From positions 320,001 to 384,000 of the forward strand of contig CAWCAG010000001.1 of NCBI GenBank assembly GCA_963793425.1: a DNA stretch of 64,000 bases, in the 5' to 3' direction. Shown here one piece after another: positions 51,801-61,700 of this stretch; positions within the stretch are counted from its first letter, which is position 1; the number at the start of each line of letters is the position of its first letter. Source of the DNA: an uncultured cyanobacterium. GTDB lineage: Bacteria; Cyanobacteriota; Cyanobacteriia; Cyanobacteriales; CAWCAG01. A program made the position numbers and the translations under genes. The notes beneath the pieces are model-generated. The model was not told the origin of the DNA. It ran no database searches and worked only from the letters and a program-made list of their open reading frames with translations.

Positions 51801-52330
51801 AAAACCTCCAACAAGCTCGTGCTTCCCAATCCTTTGGTATCATTCACTTAGCTACTCATAGTAAGTTTCGCCCCGGCAAACCGAGTAACTCTTACATTCA
51901 GCTTTGGGATACTAAGCTAGGATTAGACGACTTACCTAAGCTAAGTTTAAACAGTCCCCCAGTAGATTTATTAGTACTTTCTGCTTGTGAAACTGCTGTA
52001 GGAAGTACCGAAGCAGAGTTAGGCTTTGCGGGCTTGACAGTGCAAGCTGGGGTTAACTCTGCCCTTGGTAGTCTTTGGGCTGTTAGCGATGAAGCAACTT
52101 TAGGACTCATGGGAGGTTTTTACGAACAACTAAGAGAATCTCCTAAAGCAGAAGCACTACGCCAAGCACAGTTAGGAATGCTGCAAGGGAAAGTTAAGTT
52201 GGAAGATGGCTATGTGGTTACAGGTTCGAGGAAGTTACCTTTACCTGCAAAGTTAAGAAAGTTAGGCAATCAAGACTTTTCTCATCCCTACTATTGGAGT
52301 GCTTTTACCATGATTGGTGATCCATGGTGA
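48893..52330 (+). CDS. Filamentous-haemagglutinin-N + CHAT (caspase-like) protein
   Basis: [34 protein letters not shown] with IHLATH and [19 protein letters not shown]. Confidence 0.92.
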   Translation: MKLYRRHLYWLLFLLSFTGNLYSQKAVQAQVIIPANDGTGTIVTPEGNRLDISGGTLTPDGANLFHSWQQFGLNAGQVANFISNPEISNILGRVVGGNPSVIDGLIQISGGNSNLFLLNPAGIVFLNNAQLNVPGDFTATTATGIGFGNNNWFDAFGGNNYQNLVGDPTQFAFDLSQPGVIVNAGNLAVATGENLSLLSGSIYNTGNLSAPAGKVTLMSVPGSSVVRISQPGNLLSLEVKPPGNTGFRALDLPALLTGSLQNIDTGLEINQGKVQLVYSGETIPTQPGTTIVSGNIDVSSPTNQGGNVDILGSRVGIVGANIDAVGNQGGTVRIGGDYQGKGGIPNADFIYIGSNSLINASGSKGDGGRVIVWADKTTNFQGDIVAKGGMNGGDGGFVEVSGKQNLWFRGKVDLSAPQGKLGTLLLDPEDILIINSGGNNSALADNQILFSDRPNETFTISAATLESLNGNILLEATENIILDSALSLKFVPGGDITFTADSDGNGSGAFTMGSNQSLTTSGRDLTISAATIEAGNINTLSDSGSGGAVLLSANQGRLKVGDINTASTAPLTASTKDGGEVNLEATAGQIQAGNIDTSSTFGRGGAVQLSTSNIATLKTVNTQGREAGGNFTSNSLLLRVTDTFLNNNNITASISTTASSGTGGLIDINHRSGEYNIPFIVGKANFNGTTGAVTSGDFTILPDPQNFPSSFNSGSVNLTTPEPVTACPPECEESEEEQKVESLEQVPAVTMVGQIESTYTEEFTDFLGTTAPQPVSVEETIDTLRESQELTGKKSVVIYAEFVDDNLEIALVSPNRQPVRYKIEGAEKEKVIETVLQFNRALANVRRPQVYLPASQQLYEWIIAPVAQELAAEDVDHLSFVMDAGLRSLPLAALHSGKGFLIEEYSVGLLPSISLTNFNYLDSQEQQVLAMGAEHFTRQISLPAVPLELQSIVGSLWSGKSFINEAFTLENLQQARASQSFGIIHLATHSKFRPGKPSNSYIQLWDTKLGLDDLPKLSLNSPPVDLLVLSACETAVGSTEAELGFAGLTVQAGVNSALGSLWAVSDEATLGLMGGFYEQLRESPKAEALRQAQLGMLQGKVKLEDGYVVTGSRKLPLPAKLRKLGNQDFSHPYYWSAFTMIGDPW

Positions 52331-52391
52331 TGTTCATTGAACATTGAACATTTTTCCTAGGAGGATAATTCTTGATTGCCAGCTATTTATC

Positions 52392-52949
52392 CTACTTAAT
52401 TGAAACTTGGTAGGAAGCTTGTACCTGCTCCTGTGCTACTATAGCCTGTTCAAAGCTCCAACGAATGTGAGTATAGGACTCGGCAGGAGCTGGTTGCTCG
52501 ATGATTGTACCATTGTTATCTACTTGGATAGTTGGTTCTGTACTGAAAGTTGCACCGTTATCGATACTGTAGGTGATAGTAGCAACATTGCTACTATCTG
52601 CTGAATCTAAAACAAAGATAGTTTGTGTAGGAATAGGCTGGGTAATTACAAAGTCGTTTGCTGTAGCATCACCAGTATTTTCACCACTAACCGTGTAACG
52701 AAGAACATCCCCTGGTACAACCGTAGCTTCTCCTGCCAGTTCTTGCCAGTCAATTTGTTCATTTCCAGAACCATCAACTGTGATCATACGCTTAGCTGCA
52801 TCCAAGTCTAACTTAACTTCAGGGCGATTCAGAAGTTGGGCGATTTTGGTTCCTGCCTCGCGGATACTAGCCCGCACTGGTGAACTAGCTAAAACTGGAA
52901 CTGTAATAACAAGAGCGATTGCACTGAGACTAAGAACGAGACGTTTCAT
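52392..52949 (-). CDS. Small secreted DUF11-like protein
   Basis: Signal peptide; VVPGDVLRYTVSGENTG, ITQPIP, YSIDNG, YTHIRW, YQVSIK. Confidence 0.85.
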   Translation of the reverse strand: MKRLVLSLSAIALVITVPVLASSPVRASIREAGTKIAQLLNRPEVKLDLDAAKRMITVDGSGNEQIDWQELAGEATVVPGDVLRYTVSGENTGDATANDFVITQPIPTQTIFVLDSADSSNVATITYSIDNGATFSTEPTIQVDNNGTIIEQPAPAESYTHIRWSFEQAIVAQEQVQASYQVSIK

Positions 52950-52993
52950 GATAAACCTCTATTATCTACAAATTAGTACTTTGAAAGAAAGTC

Positions 52994-53016
52994 GGCGAGA
53001 AAAATTTTTACTCGCC
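52994..53016 (-). terminator. Intergenic stem-loop after the 820-aa gene
   Basis: GGCGAG-11 nt-CTCGCC about 25 nt after the stop codon; terminator or mRNA stabiliser. Confidence 0.5.
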
Positions 53017-53041
53017 AATTGTGTCTGCTGTAACCAAGATT

Positions 53042-55498
53042 TTAATTAACCTTGCGTTGGAAGCTAAACTCACCCGATACACCAGGAGCAACATTGCTGA
53101 TTGTGTCTATATATTTAGTAATATCTACACCCACTGCATCTAAGACGCTACCACCACCAAGGTCAAAGTACGCAACAACACCGCCGTTATCATCGCTAGC
53201 TTGCCCAACAACATGGCTGGTATCAGTTTCGCCATTACTGTCGTTGTCTAAGGCCCAGTTGTTATCGATAGCTACATCAGCACCATCTTCAGTAATTATT
53301 ACTGTGCTGGCATTTAAGCCGATGTTTCCTACACCACCACCAGGGGTAGAGATATTGCTGTAGGTGACAGTATATTCAATGATATTACCCGGTGCAGGGG
53401 GGTTATCAGGATCGCTAACTATTGGGCCATCTCCTTGTAGAACTTGGAAAGTTTTTTCTAGTTTTAAATAACCAGTGTAAAGCCGATCAATCGTGGTGTT
53501 CTCTGCTTCAAAAGTTCCGTCACCATCGGTATCTAGTTTAGCAACAACTTGTACAGGGAAACCAAACTCTGTATCTCCAGTGTAATCCTCAATTGTGTCG
53601 GTAGAAAGAGGTGTGTTGGTAGGTAAATCAATTTCTACATTGTAGGCAACAGGAACATTTGGAAGTACTCCTTTTCCTGGACCACCGACAAGAGGCAGCG
53701 AGTTGTCAAAGACAATCGCTACGCCATTAGTGAGAGTAAAGGTTCCTGTGGCTTGAACATACTGGTAAGTGGCAGATTTAATTGGATTAGTAGGGTCAAG
53801 AATATCTGCTGCGGTTATAGTAACCACAGTTTGATCTGGCAGATCAAGGGGGTTAACTGGGGCAACAGGTTCTAGGGTAACATCAGCAGACTGGCCACTC
53901 TGATTGACAAAAGTGTTCACAAACGTTACGGGATCGGGGTCAATGGTAGAACCTGGTTTGGTGTATTTGATAATTGGTGTAGATTTGTTGGTAAAGTCGT
54001 CGTTACTGTCCGTTGGTCCAATGGCATCCACAACATCTTTGGGACCATTTAAAATATCTCCCACTGCAGGTAAGGCAATCTCGATAAAGTTTGCTTCACC
54101 ACCAGGACCATCACCAGTGTTGTCGTTGTTGGTATCAATACCAATACTAGCAGTTAAAGCTGCTAAATCCGTAGCATCAAGTAAGCCGGTATCAGTGATG
54201 GGGTCAAAAACATCTACAGTACCATTAGCAGGGTTGTAGTTATTCGGATTTTGGTCACCAGATTCATCATAAACAAGAATGTCAGGAACTCCGTCTGTAG
54301 CACCAAAAGCTTGGACGATGTTGGCTACATTTAAAGGTGAAGTTGCAGTGGCAATAACTCCTAACTGGAGAGAAAAACCGTTAACAGTTTGCCCTGGAGT
54401 AACAGTAGCTACTGTACTGTTGATGAAACCAACACGAGTTACAGGACCAGTCAAATCTCCTATATCTGTTCTCCAGTTGGCATCTACAGCAGCAGTAGCG
54501 ATGAAACTATCTGTGTAAACAGTTATCCAGCCGCTAGGGGCAACCGGCGTGCCTTGTAATTCTGTTCCTGCGGGAATAGCATCCGAGATGAGGATATGAG
54601 CCTTAACGACACCATCAACATTAATATCTATACCAGCCAGAGGTGCAGGGTTAAGCCCTATACCTGTTGGATCACTAGATTCAACCTGCAAACTAAGATC
54701 ATAGGTAAGAACATCGTCGATAATATTGAGAGGATCGCCCTTATCGTGGTTAGTTTGGGTTTTAAGGACTTTTGCTAGGGCTGTTGGTGAGGCTTCTACT
54801 GTTGCTTCTTGAAGAACACTGGTTTCGCTTTCACCATTAGCTGGGGCCGGAGTACTATCATCAATTGTTTGTAAGTCGCTACCATCACCAGCATCAACTA
54901 ATGACTGACTTGTACCATCGTTATTGGCTGCATTACCCAGTCGAACACCAATGGTTTCTCCGGAATTAGCGTTGCTGTCAACACTTACTGTCACCCTGAC
55001 TTTAATTGAGCCATCGGCAGCAATGGCAGTAGTCGTAGTTAGACCGTTCGCAGGAACTGACGTTTCAAACGTACCATCTCCATCTAAATCTACATCTACA
55101 GAGGTAATAGTACCAGGGCCTGTGATATTGATACTGTCCTGGTCGGGGATAAATAATTGCGTTGGATCATTACCAACGTTAGTAATGGTGTAGTCGTAAA
55201 AGATTTGATCATTCCGAGCAATTTTGCCACCATTATCATCAATTACACCAGCATTCGTTGCTGTAATACCAGAAACTTCTGCTACGGTGACGGTAATAGT
55301 ATCAGAAGTTGCATTGATGATATTAAGAGGATCGGTTAAATCAATATAAGTTGCAGTTGCAGTGTTTTTAATCTCTTGGCCAGCTTGAGTGTCAGCTAGA
55401 ACAGGAGAAATCAACCGAAAGTTACCGCTAACTATCAAAGCAGTAGTAAGGAAAATCCAATATAATCTGCTTGTCTTTCTGAAGGTTTGACGTGCCAT
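53042..55498 (-). CDS. Large secreted multi-Ig/DUF11-like protein (putative fibre subunit B, paralogue of 45821-48331)
   Basis: AGQEIKNTATATY, ITNVGNDP, SDAIPAGT, DESGDQNP, NDDFTNK, GYLKLEK...IEYTVTYSN...FQRKVN. Confidence 0.8.
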   Translation of the reverse strand: MARQTFRKTSRLYWIFLTTALIVSGNFRLISPVLADTQAGQEIKNTATATYIDLTDPLNIINATSDTITVTVAEVSGITATNAGVIDDNGGKIARNDQIFYDYTITNVGNDPTQLFIPDQDSINITGPGTITSVDVDLDGDGTFETSVPANGLTTTTAIAADGSIKVRVTVSVDSNANSGETIGVRLGNAANNDGTSQSLVDAGDGSDLQTIDDSTPAPANGESETSVLQEATVEASPTALAKVLKTQTNHDKGDPLNIIDDVLTYDLSLQVESSDPTGIGLNPAPLAGIDINVDGVVKAHILISDAIPAGTELQGTPVAPSGWITVYTDSFIATAAVDANWRTDIGDLTGPVTRVGFINSTVATVTPGQTVNGFSLQLGVIATATSPLNVANIVQAFGATDGVPDILVYDESGDQNPNNYNPANGTVDVFDPITDTGLLDATDLAALTASIGIDTNNDNTGDGPGGEANFIEIALPAVGDILNGPKDVVDAIGPTDSNDDFTNKSTPIIKYTKPGSTIDPDPVTFVNTFVNQSGQSADVTLEPVAPVNPLDLPDQTVVTITAADILDPTNPIKSATYQYVQATGTFTLTNGVAIVFDNSLPLVGGPGKGVLPNVPVAYNVEIDLPTNTPLSTDTIEDYTGDTEFGFPVQVVAKLDTDGDGTFEAENTTIDRLYTGYLKLEKTFQVLQGDGPIVSDPDNPPAPGNIIEYTVTYSNISTPGGGVGNIGLNASTVIITEDGADVAIDNNWALDNDSNGETDTSHVVGQASDDNGGVVAYFDLGGGSVLDAVGVDITKYIDTISNVAPGVSGEFSFQRKVN

Positions 55499-55568
55499 AT
55501 TCATTCACTAGGAATAAGTTTGAATTAAATGCTGATGTATTGTCTTTAGGGAAGATAGGATGAGACTT

Positions 55569-55595
55569 ATAGCCTCATTTAGTTAATGAGGCTAT
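55569..55595. promoter_or_regulatory. Perfect 11-bp inverted repeat upstream of the 820-aa gene
   Basis: atagcctcatt-tagtt-aatgaggctat; function unknown. Confidence 0.5.
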
Positions 55596-55953
55596 GTAGC
55601 AGATCCACAGTTTGTCTTTGTGATATTTTCAATTCAGTTTCTCAAGATTTGTTTTTCTCTAGACAACATTAAATTCATACTAATAAGCTGATGTGTGCGT
55701 TAATGTTGTTGCAATCTGTAAATATTCAAATCTATCTTTTGTTTAGGGGTTTATTTTCTCTTTCTCTGGAGCAAAATCCCTTACACAAGGATAAATAGAA
55801 GACTTTGCTAAAGTTGAGAATTCAAGAGAAAATATTTTCTGACAACCTGCATTAAGTAAACAAAACAAACAATAAGCAAACAGATAAATAAACAATGACT
55901 AACTTTATATTTGTCATTTTTAAAATGCTAAATGACATTTTAAATTTAACTTC

Positions 55954-57051
55954 TTACCCATGGGTGATAGGTAAAGAAAAGCGGAAGGTACTGCCTTCAC
56001 CTAACTCACTTTCTACCTCAATTTTGCCCCCTTGCAACTCTACTAAATGACGAGCGATCGCTAAACCAATTCCTGTACCTCCTGAATGGCGCGATCGCGA
56101 ACGATCTGCTCTCCAGAAGCGTTCAAAAACATGACTTAGGTTTTCTGGGGCAATTCCTGGCCCTGTATCAATTACAGCTATCCAAACATAACTATTGTCT
56201 GCCCAAGCACGAACGGTAATAGAGCCTTTTTCGGTGTAAAGTAAGGCATTACCAAGTAAGTTAACTAAAACCTGTTCTGTGCGGTCAATATCTGCTACAA
56301 TTGGCGGTAAATTTTCAGGACAATCTAACTGTAAAGTAGGGCCTTCTTCCCAGAGTTGATCGGCAAATCTTGCTACTAATGATTTCAACAAAGGTAACAG
56401 AGGCAAAGGTTTGAGGTCGATTGGTAAATAGCCTGCTTCCGCTTTAGATAGTTCCTGCAAGTCATTAACTAACCTCTCTAAGCGTTTTGTTTCTCGTACC
56501 AAACGCAGATATACTTCCGGGGATGATTCAATGCTGCCATCAGCTAATTCTTCTAAATAACCCCGTACCACCGTGAGAGGAGTACGCAATTCGTGGGTCA
56601 TATCCCCAATTAACTCCCGCCTCTGCTGTTCTACTCCTTCTAAACTATCAGCCATACGATTGAAGCTTTTACCCAATTGATTTAACTCCGGAATTTCTGT
56701 ATCTGGCATTCTTTCTTGTAAGTTACCTGCGGCTAGTTTCTGGGTTACTTCTTCCATTTGTTTTAGGGGTTGCATGATACGCCGAGAAATTAAGTAACTG
56801 AGTCCCCCTGCTGCCGTTGCACCCACAATAGCCGGCCAAATGATACTGCGATTCCAAGCAGCTTGAAAACCCCGAATTAAGAAGGTGCGGGAAGAACGAA
56901 CAGTAACAAAGCCTCTTCTTTCTAACTGTTCGAGTTGCAAGACAAATGTTTTGGGAGAAGCGAATTTAGAAACTAAGGTAAGACTACCAAAGCCGACTAC
57001 TATTACTAGTAGGTGCGAGAAGAATAAGCGTTTACCTAAGCCTAATGCCAT
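55954..57051 (-). CDS. HAMP-domain sensor histidine kinase
   Basis: Two TM segments, HAMP, DMTHELRTPL, NLLGNA, DTGPG, GGTGIGL. Confidence 0.93.
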   Translation of the reverse strand: MALGLGKRLFFSHLLVIVVGFGSLTLVSKFASPKTFVLQLEQLERRGFVTVRSSRTFLIRGFQAAWNRSIIWPAIVGATAAGGLSYLISRRIMQPLKQMEEVTQKLAAGNLQERMPDTEIPELNQLGKSFNRMADSLEGVEQQRRELIGDMTHELRTPLTVVRGYLEELADGSIESSPEVYLRLVRETKRLERLVNDLQELSKAEAGYLPIDLKPLPLLPLLKSLVARFADQLWEEGPTLQLDCPENLPPIVADIDRTEQVLVNLLGNALLYTEKGSITVRAWADNSYVWIAVIDTGPGIAPENLSHVFERFWRADRSRSRHSGGTGIGLAIARHLVELQGGKIEVESELGEGSTFRFSLPITHG

Positions 57052-57165
57052 TTTTCATTTAACATTTAACATTGATCATTTATCAGTAGTTTGAGAAAGG
57101 AAGGTAAGGCAATTAGCAATTAGCCACTAGCCACTAGCCACTAGCCGTTAGCCGTTAGCAAAGTT

Positions 57166-58557
57166 TTAAAATTCTGCACTTAAAGGAGTACGAGGAAAAG
57201 GAATAACATCGCGGATATTATTCATCCCGGTCATAAACTGTACTAACCTTTCAAAGCCTAAGCCAAAACCAGCATGGGGAACTGTTCCGTAACGACGCAG
57301 ATCGAGATACCACCATAAATCTTCTGTGGGAAATTCTTGTTCTTTAATGCGTCTTTCTAAAACATCAAGACGTTCCTCCCGTTGTGAACCGCCGATAATT
57401 TCACCAATTTTGGGGGCTAAAACATCCATGGCAGCAACGGTTTTTTCATCGTCATTTAAACGCATATAAAAAGCCTTAATTCCCACAGGATAATCAGTGA
57501 CAATGGTAGGTTTTTTAAATAATTCTTCTGCTAAATAACGCTCATGTTCTGATTGTAAATCTATGCCCCACTCTACAGGATATTCAAACTTCCTTTCTGC
57601 TTTTTCTAAAAGTGAAATCGCCTCTGTATAAGTAATCTTAGCAAACTCACTATTAATAATATTATCTGCGGTGGCTAAAACAGTATCATCAATGCGTTTG
57701 TTGAAAAATTCCATATCTTCAGGACATTTTTCTAACACAAACTTAAACACATATTTAAGGAACTGTTCCGCTAAATCTCTGTCCCCTGCTAAATCACAAA
57801 AAGCCATTTCTGGTTCCACCATCCAAAACTCAGCTAAATGGCGGGAAGTATTGGAATTTTCTGCCCGAAAAGTGGGACCAAAAGTATAAACATCTTTAAA
57901 AGCCATCGCCATCACTTCCGCTTCTAATTGCCCACTGACGGTCAGATAAGCCTGCCGACCAAAAAAGTCTTGGCTAAAGTCTATTTCCCCATTATCGAGG
58001 CGGGGGACATCTTTTAAATTCAAACTCGTGACATTAAATAACTCCCCTGCCCCCTCACAATCACTCGCGGTTATAACCGGGGTATGAACCCAGAGAAAGT
58101 CCCTCGCTTGGAAAAATTGATGGATCGCCTCAGAACAAGCATTACGTACCCGAAAAACCGCTCCTAAAGTATTGGTACGCGCTCTTAAATGGCCAATAGT
58201 ACGCAAAAATTCAAAGGAATGACGCTTTTTTTGTAAAGGATAGGTTTCTACCTCCGCTTCTCCATAAACTTCTACCTTAGAAGCCTGTATTTCTACCCGC
58301 TGCCCTTTACCCGGAGAAGCAGCTAAAACCCCGGCAACTTCCACCGAAGCCCCTGTATTAAGCTGTTTAAGCAAGTCCTCATAATCTGGTAAATCAGGAT
58401 TAAGTACCACTTGAATACTTGCTAAGGAAGAACCATCATTAACTTCTATAAAAGCAAAATTTTTCAATTCCCGCTTAGTACGCACCCAACCCTGAATTGT
58501 GACCACATTATCAGGTTGCCCTTGGCGCAAGATTTCTCTAATCCTTTTTGTAACCAT
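57166..58557 (-). CDS. asnS: Asparagine-tRNA ligase
   Basis: [53 protein letters not shown]. Confidence 0.99.
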   Translation of the reverse strand: MVTKRIREILRQGQPDNVVTIQGWVRTKRELKNFAFIEVNDGSSLASIQVVLNPDLPDYEDLLKQLNTGASVEVAGVLAASPGKGQRVEIQASKVEVYGEAEVETYPLQKKRHSFEFLRTIGHLRARTNTLGAVFRVRNACSEAIHQFFQARDFLWVHTPVITASDCEGAGELFNVTSLNLKDVPRLDNGEIDFSQDFFGRQAYLTVSGQLEAEVMAMAFKDVYTFGPTFRAENSNTSRHLAEFWMVEPEMAFCDLAGDRDLAEQFLKYVFKFVLEKCPEDMEFFNKRIDDTVLATADNIINSEFAKITYTEAISLLEKAERKFEYPVEWGIDLQSEHERYLAEELFKKPTIVTDYPVGIKAFYMRLNDDEKTVAAMDVLAPKIGEIIGGSQREERLDVLERRIKEQEFPTEDLWWYLDLRRYGTVPHAGFGLGFERLVQFMTGMNNIRDVIPFPRTPLSAEF

Positions 58558-58615
58558 AGATTTTTCTTTTTATCGAACTCGCAGCTATATAGCAATATAG
58601 CAATGTTTGAGGGAG

Positions 58616-58767
58616 CAGGGAGTGGGGAGTGGGGAGTAAAGTTAGGGCTGGGTTGCCATTATGCTACTAATTCAACTTTGGAGTTAAACTCTTCTGCCAC
58701 GACTCTACAATAAAGGTTATTGTTGAAGCAGTCTGTATCCCTCCTACTCCCTACTCCCTACTCCCTG
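58616..58767. repeat. Inverted pair of (GGGAGTR)n / (ACTCCCT)n STRR arrays in the asnS-kinase divergent intergenic region
   Basis: cagggagtggggagtggggagt at 58616-58637 versus actccctactccctactccctg at 58746-58767. Confidence 0.75.
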
Positions 58768-58777
58768 TACTTAATCA

Positions 58778-61700
58778 ATGATTGGAAAACTCAAACTGGG
58801 GACAAAATTTACCGTCTTGTTGCTACTGATTTTTCTGGGCGGTATGGTACTGAGTAGCGTAGCTTTGTCTGGGGCTATGCAAAGTCGGGCTGAGAATGAG
58901 GTGGTGGCTAAAGCAGAAATTCTCATGCAAACTATGAGTTCGGTGAGAAATTATACCAGTAATAATATTAAATACCTTCTTGATAAACATTTGAATTGGT
59001 CTTCTGAATTTGCCCCAGAAACTGTCCCTGCCTATTCTGCGAGGGAAGTTTTTGAAGATTTTCGCCACCAACCAGAATATAAAAATTTCCTTTATAAAGA
59101 AGCTACCCTCAATCCGACTAATCTTCGGGATCAAGCAGATGAGTTTGAGACACAATTAATTGAACAATTTAAGCAAGATCCGATTACCAAAGAAATTAAA
59201 GGCTATCGCCAAGGTTTAGCAGAAAAGTATTTCTTTATTGCTCGCCGCGTAAGTGTAGAACAGGAAAGTTGTCTTCAATGTCATAGTTTACCTCAACTTG
59301 CTCCGGAGCATATGCTCAAAACTTATGGTAACGAACATGGTTTTGGCTGGAAGTTAGGAGAAATTGTTGCAGCACAAACTATTTATGTTCCGGCTAGCCA
59401 AGTATTTGCCCAAGGTTCTAGATATTTAATCTTAGTTATTAGCATCTTTACGAGTATTTTTGCCTTAGCTATTCTTTTCATCAACTTATTATTAAATCGC
59501 ACTGTAGTTAAACCCCTCAAACAGTTAACCAGAATTGCTCAAAAAGCTACTAACCAAGAATCTGAACCTACCGATCTGTTGCAGAATCTGGCTATTTTAG
59601 GGGATGAACCAGGACAGTTAGCCAAAGCTTTTCAGGATATGAAGCAAGAGGTTAGTGCAAGGGAACAAAGACTAAAGCAAGCCCAAGCAGCCCTGCAAGG
59701 CAGTGAAGAGTATTTTCGTTCCTTAATTGAACAAGCTTCTGATATTATTGCTATTTTAAATAGCGATCGCACTATTCGTTACGTTAGCCCAGCTATTCAA
59801 ACCGCCTTGGGATACAAAGCTGAAGCTGTTATAGAACGAGATATTTTAGATTTTGTTCATCCTCAAGATGATAGAAGAATTAAAATATTTTTCCGTCTGA
59901 TTAAACACCGCCGAGATATTTCCGCCCCTGTAGAACTACGCATTAAACATCAGAATGGTTCTTGGCAAACCATAGAAGCTATTGGTCATAATCGTCTTGA
60001 CGATTCTATTGTTGGTGGTTTTGTGGTTAATGCTCGTAATATTACAGCCCGGAAGTTAACAGAAAAGCAACTCCAAAGAAGCGAAGCTTCTATTCGTTTA
60101 CTCCATGAAGTGACCACAAAACAAGAACTCAACTTTGAACAGCGTTTGCAACAGCTATTAATTATGGGTTGCCAGCAGTTTGGTTTAGAAGTAGGTATTC
60201 TTAGTGTCATTGAAGAAGATCATCATTTAGTTGCAGCCCTGCAAACCCCAGAAGCTTTTGCTCCGATCATTAAGTTAGGATCTGCATTTTCCTTAGTAGC
60301 AAAGAGTGATGACAAAGCCCCCCAGAAATTAAGTTTCAATAACACCAATCTTTTTCTCCAAGCTTACATGACAACTCAAGTGTTTATAGAGGAGGAACCC
60401 TACGGCAACCTCAGCTTTGCAAGTCTTACTCAACATAATGCTAGCTTCAACTCATCAGATGAAGAACTTCTTAACCTAATGGGACAGTGGCTGGGTAGTG
60501 AATTGCAACACCAGCACTCTGAATTTAAGTTAGCACAGGCAAGGGATGAAGCTTTAGCTGCTAACCGTTCTAAAAGCGAGTTTTTAGCGATTATGAGTCA
60601 TGAAATTCGTACCCCTATGAATGCTGTTATTGGTATGACAGGATTATTATTTCATACGGCTTTAACTCCTCAACAACAGGACTTTGTAGAAACAATCCGC
60701 AGTAGTGGCAATGCTTTATTAACCCTAATCAACGACATCCTCGACTTCTCTAAAATTGAAGCTGGCAGATTGGAGATGGAGGAACAACCTTTCTCCTTGC
60801 GTAGTTGCTTGGAAGAAGCCCTAGATTTAGTTGCCTCGGAAGCGGCAGCAAAAGGGTTAGAGTTGGCATATTTAATTGATAGCCACACCCCCAAAACCAT
60901 CATTGGTGATGTCACGCGGGTTAGACAGGTTTTAGTTAATCTTTTAGGCAATGCTGTCAAATTCACCAAAGCAGGGGAGATTGTTGTTTCTGTCGGCAGC
61001 AAAGCCCAAAACGACAATACCTACGAAATTCAATTTTCCGTTAAAGATACAGGCATTGGCATTCCCCAAGAAAGAATGAACCGCCTTTTCCAATCCTTCA
61101 GTCAAGTAGACTCCTCCACCACCCGTAAATATGGAGGTACAGGGTTAGGATTAGCTATCAGCAAGCTCCTCAGCGAAATGATGGGGGGAACAATGTGGGC
61201 GCAAAGCCAGGTAGGGTTTGGTTCTACTTTTCACTTTACTATTGCTGCCCAAGCTTCTTGGGAGTTAACAGAAAGAGAATCTAGCCAACTTTATCAACTA
61301 ACCGGTAAGCAGATTTTAATCATCGACCAAAACCTAACTAATCAGCAAATCCTCACTCGACAAACTCAATCTTGGGGAGTGGTAAGTCAGGGAGTAGAAT
61401 CAGGAACCCAAGCCTTAGATTGGCTCTGCCAGGGGCAAGAATGCGACTTAACTATAGTAGACATTGAAATCCTCCAGGAAGAAGGATTTGACCTGGTTAA
61501 AGCTATCCGCCAGCAATCTGGACAAGAAAATTTGCCCTTCGCGATCTTAACCCCTGAACATAGTCCGGAATTAAAAGAGCAAATTGAGGAGTTAGCATTA
61601 GTTACAGTCCTGAAAAAACCGGTACAACCTTCCCAACTTTACAATCTCCTCATCACAATTTTTGCCGAAAAACCGATCCGACTACAGCAAGGATTTATTA

